A stretch of DNA of 64,000 nt, taken from contig NW_027192198.1 of assembly GCF_041956535.1 (NCBI RefSeq), positions 1,046,540-1,110,539 on the forward strand. Direction: 5' to 3'. The stretch comes from Calcarisporiella thermophila CBS 279.70. Taxonomy: Eukaryota; Fungi; Calcarisporiellomycota. Both the position numbers and the translations under genes were made by a program. The notes under the pieces were generated by a model, which saw only the letters and a program-made list of their open reading frames with translations, had not been told where the DNA came from and ran no database searches. Shown in pieces: positions 1-11,843 of this stretch. The first letter of the stretch is position 1; every line of letters begins with the position of its first letter.

Positions 1-1785
1 CCAAGGAGGAATGGGGATCCCAGAACCATGGACATGGGCCTGCTCAACTCAAGTATGGCACGTCCTCTGCTTACTCAACTCCCAAGACGACGCGGTCCAG
101 CAAACGGCGCGCCGTGAGATCCGAACCCTCGTCCGAAAACGCTACCTTGACAACATCGATGGCATGGGAGATGAAGACCTGATCCCGAAATATTTCAACG
201 GCCAACTGCGTCTCAGGGAACCATATCGCCGGTACATTGACTGCATGGACCCAATGGCACACGCTCCCAAGGCCCTTGCCACAGTAAAGCTTCCGATCAA
301 ATACATCAGAAGCAGCAACACCTTCGACATCGAACTTCCCCTAGATGAGAATGAGGAGAACCGGTACAACACGACGGGATGGAGACGGACCAAAACCATG
401 GTGGCCAGAATCAAACGAGCGTGTGAGGCACGATTTCCCAAACTCTGGACCGAACAGCCCATCCAAGGACGAGCGGTGGCACTCCTGCAAAACCCATGGT
501 CCAACGTGTGGATAAAAAACGACGACCTGTCCACCAGAACCTGGCAATTCGCAGCGAAGGCAAGAACCGACACTCTCCCAACCAACTTCAACCTACACAG
601 ATGGACACGCGGAGAGAAACCAAAGACCTGCAGCTACTGCGGAGTAACGGAAGGGATCCATCACATTCTTACACATTGTCCCCTCAACCGTCAACTCAAA
701 ATCGATCGGCATAACAAGATCGCCCGCAGGCTCGCCCGTGCAGCTCGGTACAACTTCCCGATGGCACAAGTCCTGGAAAACCAAGCCCCTCCAGGCTTAC
801 CCGAGGTTCAACAGCGGCCCGACATCATCATCATCGACGAGAACAGAAAGTCAGTTACTATCATTGATGTCGCAGTGTGCGGGCAAATGGACGCCGACTT
901 CCTCAGCAAAAAACGCAACGAGAAAGTGGAGAAGTACGCCCACATCCGCACCCACTACGAACAACTGGGCTACACCGTCAACCTCGACGCGGCTGTCTTT
1001 GGAGACCTCGGAGGAACGGACGACGCCAATATGAGCATCTTCATGGAGCTTCTTGGAACGCGGGATAGCTATGCCAACCGCATGCACAGGTACATTGTCA
1101 ACGACATTCTACGTATCGGCCACCGCATGTGGGCAGCGCGCTGCTCCCGAATGGCTACTGGACACGGCCCGAGACCCGAAAATCCTGATCACCAGCACTC
1201 TTCGCAACAGCAATCCTCACAACCCCCACAGCCTTCGAATGTGCAAACTGATACAGCAGAATCCCCTTCGGCCCCCCTCGAACCGCCATCGGAGCAATAA
1301 CTCATTATAAATCCTACTCCACCTCAGAGGAGAATCCGACCACTCTTCGACGCGCCATCCCCAGATACCCTCGCAAACCGCATCATACAGGAAGCCTATG
1401 AAACTGCAGTCGCCATCCGAGATACAAATAATCCATACATCAATGAGCTAGATACTATGCCTCCTGAACACGATCCAACATATCCTCCATCGCCATCATG
1501 CCCCGACACGAGTTAAAAAGCTCGCGTTCTCTTTTCTAATTTTCTTTCTATTTCTTTCTATTCCTTTATCCCCTTGTTTTTCTCTTTATGTTTCTTTTTT
1601 TTTTGATGTCTCCTTCTTGCCTTGTCTCGTTTTCTCTTGGTTCCTCTTCTTTTTTTTTCTTTTTTTCTTTTTTATTTTCCCTTTTGGCCCTCAGCTTATT
1701 ATACATCTTATTAGTGTTAGGCATGCAGCACGCAGGAGACGCAGTGGATAACGTCTTAATCTTTAAAGAAAGAATAAAGGAAAAG
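1..1785 (+). mobile_element. 3' portion of a non-LTR retrotransposon with restriction-like endonuclease (NeSL/Utopia/R2-superfamily type), 5' truncated by the window edge
   Basis: Frame is open from base 2 (QGGMGIP, end of the RT/thumb region). It contains W-F--ART-TLP, the CCHC knuckle CSYC..HILTHC, the RHN motif and the PD..D..K RLE motif (RPDIIIID..IIDVAV..EKVEKY). A T-rich 3' UTR and AATAAA at ~1773 follow; the 3' boundary is approximate. Confidence 0.88.
2..1300 (+). CDS. Retrotransposon ORF, C-terminal part (RT thumb, CCHC zinc knuckle, RLE endonuclease)
   Basis: ORF track 11..1300 plus the open upstream frame; motifs as above. Confidence 0.88.
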   Translation, partial: QGGMGIPEPWTWACSTQVWHVLCLLNSQDDAVQQTARREIRTLVRKRYLDNIDGMGDEDLIPKYFNGQLRLREPYRRYIDCMDPMAHAPKALATVKLPIKYIRSSNTFDIELPLDENEENRYNTTGWRRTKTMVARIKRACEARFPKLWTEQPIQGRAVALLQNPWSNVWIKNDDLSTRTWQFAAKARTDTLPTNFNLHRWTRGEKPKTCSYCGVTEGIHHILTHCPLNRQLKIDRHNKIARRLARAARYNFPMAQVLENQAPPGLPEVQQRPDIIIIDENRKSVTIIDVAVCGQMDADFLSKKRNEKVEKYAHIRTHYEQLGYTVNLDAAVFGDLGGTDDANMSIFMELLGTRDSYANRMHRYIVNDILRIGHRMWAARCSRMATGHGPRPENPDHQHSSQQQSSQPPQPSNVQTDTAESPSAPLEPPSEQ

Positions 1786-3033
1786 GGAGCACAGGACACA
1801 CATGTTGTTGGTAGTTTGATAACAACAATTGGCTTGTGGTGGTCTATCATACCAATATTAATTTTCAAGTGTAGTCGGTCTTTACACTAACGTATTAGTA
1901 CGATTCTCTTATCGTTTACTTTTCACCCTTATCACTCCATAAAATTTTATCAATCAATTTTAATAGGGCAATGTTGAAATTGGGTTATTGAAGGAGCAGA
2001 AGTTCCTGAAAAGCTGAATATTGCGGGTAATAACGATAAAGCTTTAAAAATTTATCAACTATATAAGACTCCTACTCATGAGGAGCTGGTTTTGGGACCC
2101 ATTATAACTGAAATGGGATATTAGGAATTAGCGTAAAATAATTTAAATCACTCCACTATTCAATCAGTTTATGAGAGATCTCTTAAAGTTATGTGGAATA
2201 ATGTCTCCAGCATGAACCTAAAGTTTATGAACCTTTAGAGGGCGATTTTGGAGATTATTCCTGCTCCTTTGTCATCATTATCCGCTTGGATGTTCACATA
2301 GAGTCAAACTCGGACAATAATTATATACTTTTTCTTATATCACTTTCCCTATTTTAATCTCTCTCCTTTCCTAATAATCACCCAAGAGGTAAATATTTTA
2401 TGATAGCTCTATCTTATCCTGGGCCCTTATTGAACCTCCTGAGTAAAGAAGTTGAGTGGTCCTCTATCATGTTCTCTCGATATTACTTTTCATTGGAGGA
2501 GAAAAAGGGTATGGTAGCTTCTACGTCAAAAGCACCTGAGTTCTACCCCAGCCTTCCTTTGAAACGAAATTAGAAATATGTTGATGATCGACTATAATAT
2601 TTAGTTAAAAATACATGATATAACAGGTTACCTTACATTCTCATGTCGTTTGATATGAGGAGAGCAAAGGGGTTGAAGGAGAATTACATTTTCTATCGCT
2701 GTAATAGATATTTGGGTTTAGCATTCCGCTGAGACCATCAGTTGATTTTTCCTTGGAGGAACTTTTTGCCTTAGAGATCATTTTTCATGCTGGTCGTTTC
2801 TAGTAAGCTATTTAGTGGAACTGAAACCGAACCTCATTGTTTTCTGGGAGACCAAGAATTCTTGAAGATATACCGTTTTGATTTCGGAACTCTTCTCGGA
2901 CGACACAGTAGATGATAAAAATTCGCTTCTCAAAAATAAATATATACATTATGTATATATATATATATATATATTGAAGCCTTTTAAATTGCAAAGGTGT
3001 AAAATGTTATCTTCAAAAATATTAATGATGTTA

Positions 3034-3105
3034 CTCTCCGGCCGGGAATTGAACCCGGGTCGCCCGCGTGACAGGCGGGAATACTAACCACTATACTACC
3101 GAAGA
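3034..3105 (-). tRNA. tRNA-Asp(GUC)
   Basis: Reverse complement TCTTCGGTAGTATAGTGGTTAGTATTCCCGCCTGTCACGCGGGCGACCCGGGTTCAATTCCCGGCCGGAGAG folds as a cloverleaf with anticodon GTC. Confidence 0.97.
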
Positions 3106-3192
3106 ATTTCAACTATATCTTTTTGGCAGATAATTAATATTTCTTTAAGAAAACTTTAACTGCGCCACTTCTTTTGAATAAATCTTTGTGCT

Positions 3193-3529
3193 GTCTTTGG
3201 ATGGCACATTGGTTAAGAGTCCCGGAACTTAACCATTGTTTGCTGAGTTCGATTCCCGGTGAAGGCACCAGTACTAGAGATGTAGCCGGGACATACTCTA
3301 GGAATTGAGTTATACGCTGCTTCGTTACAACTTCTCTGAAATGCAGTAAAATGTGTCAATGGAATTCTTCCATATATAATTTCAACTTAATCTGTATCTT
3401 TCTCGGTACAAGCAATTCTACTCTACTAGGCTGGTCTGGAGCATTACCTGGGTGATTTTAACGCAGAAGTCTACCCTGCCTTTATTTGTATAGGAGACTT
3501 TTCAATAAAGGTCCTTTGTTAAATAAAAA
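3193..3529 (+). mobile_element. tRNA-derived SINE (copy 1)
   Basis: tRNA-like head 3193-3270 with A box TGGCACATTGG, B box GAGTTCGATTCC and an acceptor stem ending ACCA. 3' stem-loop around AATAAA (3493-3514) and an A-rich tail. 12-bp direct repeat AATAAATCTTTG at 3177-3188 and 3530-3541. Confidence 0.8.
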
Positions 3530-3541
3530 AATAAATCTTTG

Positions 3542-3953
3542 CCAGAAATTGGCTATAACCTGCACAGAGAAATACAACTTTTTGATTCATCTTTACCGAC
3601 TGCCTTCATTAATACGCTTTACAATATTTGGACAATTTAAAATAAAATCTGCAGTTCTTAAAAATCAGTAACAACCTTTTCTTAGTAAATCAGGCAGTAA
3701 AATAGGGCGACTTCCTAACCCTATTACCTTTTCTTATCTTGGATTTGATGACTTCTGCTACCCTTCATCTTATATACTACTACAGATTATTTTTTTTTCC
3801 TTATTTTTTTTTCGAAAAAATATGAAGTGTATTCGCACTCTCATAATATCTCACAGGTTTCACTTGACATTCTTGTCTCCCTTGTTTCGTCCCTTTACTT
3901 CCATTAAATATCGAAAAGGAAGCTTTTTAATAAAGACCCTAAACAAAAAAAAA
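3542..3953 (+). mobile_element. Probable degraded LINE 3' remnant behind SINE copy 1
   Basis: Ends in AATAAAGAC (3929-3937) plus an A-run (3945-3953), the same tail motif as the LINE fragments ending near 17400 and 18690. Coding similarity is weak. Confidence 0.4.
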
Positions 3954-4735
3954 CTTAGGTTTAATGAACTAGTTTTTCTATCAATATTACAGCAACTAGC
4001 AACCATTATCAAATGACTACAAGAATAGGTAGCAAATATCTTCAGAAGAAATCCAAATACAGAGTGCACTAGTAAGTCTGCAACAACCTTCAGGAGTTGA
4101 CATGGGTCCGATAAATATCAAGGATCAAAAAAAATTTGCCACCTGACTGCTATAAATCGCGGGAACTATAAAGTCCAGTTGCTGACCACAAGAAGTCCAA
4201 TTGGCATTATATCTATTAGAAAAACACTAATAATAGCCAAAAATTTCCTCGAACGATAAAAAGTTCCATCTTTAGCTTATTAAAAGAATCTAATGTATCG
4301 ATCTCTTCGCAAAATATCCAGATCAATGCTTAAGGGATGACGCAAGTTCAAACCATCCTTTTCACATCTCTTTCACATATTATCATTCAATGTGGCAGTC
4401 CCTCTTGGGTATGAGAAAGTATGTTCTTTACCTATTTTGGCAATACAATATTTACTACAGGAATAAGCAAATTTTGAACTTGAATTTACTCTACGATATA
4501 ATCCACTGCGATATTTAGAAGAATACATTTTACAGGGTATATAGATTTGTCACAAGATATTTTATTCACTCGTAAGGCAAAAATATTATGATATACATCT
4601 TAATGTAAAAATAGTTAGTATAATAATAATAGTAATAATGATAATAATTAATGACAAATATTTAATAAAGGAAATAATTAAACTACATAAAAGGAGTATA
4701 ATTACTGAAGGGTCATTTTTTCAGTGCCTCTAAAA

Positions 4736-7700
4736 TTATGATGCTCTAGCTTCCAACTCCACCACCGCTGGCTCGGTTATGCCATCTCCAATGATGGCCT
4801 CAACCATGGCTTCCTTTTCTTGCTGCTCAGACTGAGCTCGTGCTGCTGCCAGACACTCCAAGTATTCTTGGTAGCGTACAAGCTCGGCCAGGAGATATTG
4901 GCTCTTACGCTCCCAATTGCTGGTTGCCTTGAGGAGTTGTGGAGATTTGGGTGGGTAGAGTTGCTCCATCGCTTCACGGTATTCGCTGTGGTTTTCCAGC
5001 TCTCGTTCCAAGCCCTCCACATGCCGATTTAGTGCCTGAATCTGCGATGCTTCATCAAGATTGCTCGAAACCATAGGAGGTGCGGGTGGCTGCCATTCAT
5101 TGATGGGTCGATCAACGACATATCCATTACCAGATTGCTCTGCCTTAAATTCATCCCCATCCTCTTCACCGCCGCTCTTAAGGCACCGAGACCACCCATA
5201 TTCTATATTGCTTACCCCCCCTGAAAGCGGCGGCCGACTCTCACGTGCTGCCTGGTAATTGCATGTACTGACCCACTCTGTCACCTGCTGTGCATTCGGT
5301 GCCTGGAAGAGGTAGATGCCTCCGTTTGATATCGTCAGCGCAAATACATGTGGCCTAGCTCGCGAGTAACCAGGTGGAGGCAATGTTTTTGCAAGAGTAT
5401 GCCTTAGGCTGATACGCCCGGCAAGCACAGCCCCTGCCATCCACGGGGGATGACGTTCTCCGTTACGGTGTACGGGCGTTACTTTCTTCGCGTCGGTTTG
5501 GAACATTCGCAAGGATCCACGATCAACTACAACGAAGAATTCTTTCCAATCCCGTTGTCGTGCCTTGTGGTCCTTCTTCTCCAGAAGGTGTTTTCTTAAA
5601 AGAACACCCTGCTTCATATATGGTACGCAAAGAGGTGTAGCAGAGGGTATGGGGGAATGAAGGGTGGAGGCGTTCGAAGCTCCACTTGTTATGGACATTT
5701 GGTCATCAAACTCGAAGTCCCCTGATTTACCCGCAAAGGTCGAGAGTGAGATGGAGGAGTGAGCGAAGCGGCGGTTGGGACTAAAAGGATTAGAGGGATG
5801 GTTGAGAGTATGCATGCTTTCACTCTTATGAACCACCTGGTAATGAAGTGAGTCCTTTTTATCATGCAATCGAGGAGAGGCACCATCCCTTGAATCTCTA
5901 GTGCTTGGGCGATTTAGCGTGCTACGACTGCGATTCAGACTGACGGCGCTTGTGAAACCTCCAGGATGCATCGATCCGCCGAGAAGTAGCATTGACTGGC
6001 GAGAAGGACGCACAGGTGGCTCGGAATTACAGCCAGTCGGCTGGAGTATCTGGTTGGTGCGGATAGCTGAGTACATCTCTTTTAGGACCGACTCGATATC
6101 TGAGAGTTGATTAGACAAGGGAGGAATTATAGTCTTTTTAATACTCTGGGAGCGACGAGGCCTTGAATTAGTTCCAGTTCTTGTAGGCGAATCCCCGTTA
6201 ACACGTTCATTAGGCAGATGCATTCGGACTGTACTTAGGGTATTTTTGACAAACTCGCTGCGTGTCATGCGATTGGAAAGTTCAGCGATATGAAGGTCGG
6301 TATTCAGCAGGAGAAGGGAATAAGCAACGGCATGGACAATATCTGGCAAAAGATAATGAAGAGCCAAAATCAAGTATTTGATGTAATATGTTTCAATATG
6401 GTTGCACTTACCGGCACTTCCAAATATTGTGCTCGAGTTACATTCAAAATAACGTTTTGCAAACGCTTCCAGTATTCTGTCAACTTTTTGCGTTTCTCCC
6501 TTTAAATAGAGTCGAGCGCATAAACTTCGAAGCGCGTCGTCCAGACGCAACTCGGAAAAATTAAAATAGGACATGTAGCAAGAAAGGACAAGGGTATTAA
6601 GCTCTTCGCTAAAGCATAATACAATTGATGTTAATTGATGAGATCAGCAACCTTGAAAATGCTTGACCCCTTACTTTTTTCCAAGAAATTCTGCGATATC
6701 CTCTTTCTTCAAAAAAGTTTCGTCCTCTTCGTAACAGCGCCGAGCAATTTGGCTCACCTCGTCTTCCTCTGTTTCCCCTTCTTTGCTATCTAAATTGGTC
6801 GTTTCTTCTTCTATCTTCTCGCTCAATACATTTTCCTCTACATTTTCCTCTATATTTTCCTCTGCTTTTCCTTTGCCACTACTACCTCTGGTCTCCTTAT
6901 CCTCGACCCAAAACGAAGGAGCGCAACTTCGCCGGGCATTCTCTCTATCAGGGTTGGGTCGCTCCAAGTTTAGTGAGGAAGAAACAGATCGAGAACGGGA
7001 GAGCATAGGCGTTCCTGGTTTTTCGAAAAAAGATGAGGCTGCGCCTTTCTCTGGTTCTGGACTCTTTTCTCCGATGTCTAAGAGCATGGCGGTGCTAAGT
7101 GAGTCAGACTGTTGAGAAGTATCAAACGGGAGCAGCGGCAATTCTGGCTTGTGCAAAATCTGCGTGAGGCGTTTTTCTTGCTTGGACATTTCAACTGCAT
7201 CTATTCGTGTGTGAATGTTTTCTGTCCGATCTGAACCAGGATCCGAGACTGAGGAAAGTGCCCGTAACGGCTCTTGTCGCCTATCTACTCCTCGGCATTC
7301 TAAGGGCGGAGTTGGGAGCTGTAGTGATGGCTCCATAGCAATTCTCCTTGAATTCCAGGATCTTATCGCAGGGGAATCGTTCTCAGTGGACAAACTTGTG
7401 GCGCGTATCAATTGTGTACGGTGCTTTTGTGGTGAGCTTGGCTGTTGCTGACTCTGTAGCTCATCTACTGCTGCCATGAGCCGCAGGCTTCGACGTTTAT
7501 TTTCCACATCCATTTGAAGTTTTGCATATATGTTAGCATAATCCAGAAGTGTACGTTGTAAATGTTTCTGTTCATCGTCGAGCTCGGAGTCATTTTCGTT
7601 ATCGATTTGCTTTTCGAGGGTACCAGAGCGCGACCGTGTAATGCTACTGCGCAGTGGATTCTGGATATGCCGAGGAAGTGGATTGAAAAACGAAGTTGAT

Positions 7701-8410
7701 TTTGGGGTAGAAGGAGGACAGGTTTCGTCGCCTGAAATAGAATTTTTCGGTTCCTCAGTCCACTGCGTGATAGTCTCGCCATCATTTGTCTAAGTATATA
7801 TAGAATTTCCAGTTAGGAATTGCGATTGTCAAGTGTTAAGAGGGATCCTAGAATACCTTTCCGAGTTTTCTGAAAAACATCTTAGTTTTAAACATACGCT
7901 TAGCAAAGCCAGATAGCATAGTCTGAAGCAAGATGTCCGCAATTTCTTTAATGAGAATATTCTATGTAGTAAAGTACACTGGGCTTACCTGTCCACCACC
8001 ATTCGTGTTCAAGTCAGAATCTGTATGCTTTTCTTTCATTCTGTATCTCCTTTTAGCTTGTCCTATGTGAAAGAATGCGGATGGAGATGAAGTGCATCTT
8101 GAAAGACCGAAAGAAGACGGGTTGAATTACCTTCGCGCTGGTGAATTTCAGGGACGGATTTGGACCTAATACCTGCTACATCCGCAGGTAGCGGAGGTAG
8201 TTCTTTGGCCTTATTCCTGTCTGATGTCGGGGCGATGGATTGTGGGAGATCACCATTTGAAATGGGAGACATTTCAGGTACAGTAGTGGGGGCACGGATG
8301 ATCGAAGAGTCTGGATGAGACTTGTGCCAGGGTGGCGCACGGCTAGCGTATGGACTGGGTATTGGCTGCTGTAGATGGTGCGGCTGATGTGTGAGGGAGT
8401 GCGCGGCCAT
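4736..8410 (-). CDS. Sec7-domain/PH-domain Arf guanine-nucleotide exchange factor (Syt1/Yel1/EFA6-like), multi-exon
   Basis: Sec7 motifs (LRLDDALRSLC..LKGETQKVDRILEAFAKRY; AYSLLLLNTDLH) and a PH domain (KQGVLLRKH..RDWKEFFVVV..HVFALT). GT-AG introns join ORFs 8063-8410, 7465-7785, 6671-7513 and 4736-6574. Confidence 0.9.
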
Positions 8411-10134
8411 TTATAGGTAGGAAAACGTGGAATGCATTAAAGAAAAATGAAGGAAGGAGGAAGGAAGATTCTTGCAAACGAGACTTCAATAGACCTGTTA
8501 GGTTAATAAAAAATTTGGTGCAAGTTTCATTTCTATGAAGTTTGAGACCTAAATTTATTGGGGCGCAGCATTAGTACAACCTTTGAATCTGATTTCGAGA
8601 GGACTGATCTTCCAAGTAATTGTGAGGGAAAGAGAGCGGCCTCTGCCTCGAAGCAATAACATCCCAGCAGGCTATGTTGATCTCTCTGGGGAGCCGTCAT
8701 AGAGCTCGCTAATGCTAGTCTTTGGGTATATTTACTTCAACTATAGTGCTGCCTCGGTTATAAATCGATCTCATCTCAACAAGAAATTTGTGCGAGGTCA
8801 GTTATAAAAAGAAATTAACTTGGATGCCTACAGCGGAGAAATTGCCCAAAACCTTGGCTGAAGTTGAAATTAATTAAATGGCTCCTCCTGGCAGCCGGAC
8901 GTAAATGCCGGATAAGTTTGATCTGTGAGCACCTACTCTCAATACAAATCTTAACATGAGTCAAATGCATCCATAGCGTGATATAAACGCAAATCTGCGC
9001 AAGTTCAGAACAGCCTGATTATACGGTGGCCATTTGTATCTCCTAACCGATTCCTAGCACAAGGAAACAAAGGGGAATATTATATGATTGAATAAAAGCA
9101 CTCAAGCCCATCCGCGTGATGACGGCCAATTCAGGAGCTGGGTGGCCATCTTACGTGTCGTGATGAGACCCATCTCGTTTCCTGTCTTTTGCAGTCAACA
9201 AATACATCTAAATCGGTGTTATTTGAAAACTTTGTTTACCAGAGCTGGAAGCAAATTGAAGCCACCAGGTCTTGTATTAAGACGCCTGCTGCATAGAGTG
9301 GCTATACCTTCACACTTTTTCCTCATATAACTATTTATGCCAACTGGAGGGTTCTCCACACATTTCTGGTTTTCCTCCACTAAAGCTCATCGACTATTCT
9401 ACCCCACCAAAATGGATCTCTCTTTTAGTTTGGACATTTAGCATACGTATCGCACAAGACCCGTAGATAGATCTTACCTATTGCTATTATTACCCTATAA
9501 CTTCTTAGGTTATTATGGTTTGTGTTAGAGCGCAGGGCAGATGTGAAGATTCGCCTACCAATAGGATAAAATTCTTTCGAAAAAGCAACAAATCCATCAA
9601 ACCTTCCCTTATTTTCACTTAGCATTTGCTCCGATATCTACTTTCTGAAGACTTCAATGAGCAATATCACTAAATACGATCCTTTCCACCAAAGTTTCGC
9701 CATGACTAACCCTTCGGTGCTAATATTCTCATACTAGTGGAGAATGCGAGGATCTCATATTTATAAGTGTGCAGATAAGTGCTTCTAAAAGGTCCGGGCA
9801 ACATTAAATACGGTCTGAACGTTCTGTTTATTAGCACAAACACTTTTGATTTTTAAATAAGCCAAGGTGATATATAAAAGTTTTCCGAAATCCCTAATCA
9901 CGATCTTAACATTTCGCGCTTTTGTGTGATTTCAGATTATAGAAATATAAATGCCAATTCATAATAATCAATGTAACACTAATTATTTAATGAGGCTACG
10001 TGTTAACAAAATCAAGTGATACCGATTATAAAAACATCAGAGGGCTAAAATCACCTGCAAAATTCTCTTCTGTATTGCGTAGTTCAAAAAAAGTGCTTCA
10101 TTTATTTTGAATACAAGATGCAAACAATAATCGA

Positions 10135-10686
10135 TTAGTATTCATCGAAGTTAGTGTCATCACCAAAGACGAGATCGTCGTCGGAGTCTTCCTCCTCAGC
10201 CTCGGGGAAGAGACCCTTGGAGCGGAGGTAGGCAATGGAAGCGGGAATGGCCTCATCACGCATTTTGAGGGTGAATTTACCCTTTTCGGGATCAGCCGCG
10301 ATCTCACCAGTGGCGAGATCACCTTCTACTGACAGAAGCTTGCCATCGAAAAGGCCGAGGACGTGTTCCGTCCACTCCTTGATGTTGATTTTATCAGCTT
10401 TGTCCTTAGGAACGTAGCTCACAATAGCCAATTTCTCGTTATTAACGGAGAAGATCATTTTGCCAACTCCAGCAGAGCCACCGCGACGCTCCTCCTCAGT
10501 GGGGTCGATTTCGGCGTTCATGGCCTTCATGGACTCGACCAAAAGTCCGACATCACCTTCGGGCTCATCGACTTTGGTGCAGAAAAACTCCAAACCACCC
10601 ATCTCAGCGACGCCCAGGATTTCGATACCGCGCTTACCTCCCTCCTTGACGACCTTCTTGAGCTTTTTCTCGTCGAATCCGGACAT
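10135..10686 (-). CDS. Intronless 183-aa protein with a DHHA1/C-Ala-like segment and an acidic tail
   Basis: Clean ATG-to-stop ORF with strong C-ending codon bias. KMIFSVNNEKLAIVSYVP..KEWTEHVLGLFDGK resembles the AlaRS C-Ala domain. Confidence 0.85.
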   Translation of the reverse strand: MSGFDEKKLKKVVKEGGKRGIEILGVAEMGGLEFFCTKVDEPEGDVGLLVESMKAMNAEIDPTEEERRGGSAGVGKMIFSVNNEKLAIVSYVPKDKADKINIKEWTEHVLGLFDGKLLSVEGDLATGEIAADPEKGKFTLKMRDEAIPASIAYLRSKGLFPEAEEEDSDDDLVFGDDTNFDEY

Positions 10687-11843
10687 GGTGATTATTTCGT
10701 TACTTGTAAAAAAAAAATAAAAAACGAATGAAATAGAAAAATTTTTTCTCTAGTGATTTGCACTTTTATACCATAAACAACACGAGTTTACGCCAGCCAA
10801 TGACTGCGTGTCAAAAAAGTAGCTAAATAAATGCTGATGTCACCAAGACTGGGAAAATAGGATTGCGAATCAAAGATCATCTTTGGAGACTATCCCCATG
10901 GCTTGATATTTGATTGGGCGGGATGAATAAAATCTCCAATTGTACCAAAGTGTAGGAGCAGACATGCAGCTTTTCTCGATACCTACGCAAGATTGGTGAA
11001 AATGCCCGTAAATAATTTATTCTATTCTCCATCGCATTTCTATCGCGTTGAATTTTTAGCATTCATTCAAGTTGAGAGAGCAAACAGCACAATTTAAATT
11101 TAAAATCTTCCCGCTTAAAGATAATTATTAATGCTCTTTATGCTGCTGAGATCAATTTATTTGTAATGAACTTTATTTATATCGAAGGGGCATATTATGC
11201 AAAGTGTCAATCCCACTTACCATTACATCTCACTATTATCATGCATACAATAAACTAAGATTGTCTTAATATTCTCTCCTACTCAATGCGATACAAGTCC
11301 ATTTAAATCTATTTTATAAAGACAATGAAGATCCCGCTGCAGTTCATTTTATAAGGATGGCAAGCATACATATGGAAACTGTCCCGGCCTCGATTGTTCG
11401 AATCAGATTTGATCGAGTAGAGTCGTTCGATGCATATTGGCACGCCCTCCAACCCTATCAAAGTAGCCCACATTCGGAGAAAGCTCTTTGAGGGAAATGA
11501 GAGTGGCCCCAAAACATCACGTTGTAAACTCAAAAATTTCAACAATGCTGTTGCATGGCTTGAGTGGACTACCCTGTATTGATTCAATATATACGGGGTG
11601 AGAAATTACTCTCGTAATTTTGGGTTGACACTTAAGAATGCTTGAAGAGTTAAATATGGCGGGTTTATTTTATGAATAGGACGAAAGATAAACTGATCAA
11701 GATAACATTCAAACATCATTATTAATATCACGACATCGAAAAGAAGAGGTCTTAATAAAAGTTAACAAAGAAATGAAAGAAGCAAAAATGGTCGACATTA
11801 AATCTAATTAGAAAATGAAGGGAATGGAGCATCTCATAACGAA

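Noticed and set aside
1566-1890. 100-aa ORFs on both strands
   Set aside because: Low-complexity T-rich 3' UTR of the retrotransposon.
3193-3270. Functional tRNA (including tRNA-Sec)
   Set aside because: The anticodon arm does not pair, CCA is encoded, no T-run terminator follows, and it is embedded in a TSD-flanked poly(A) element. The same holds for 16194-16271.
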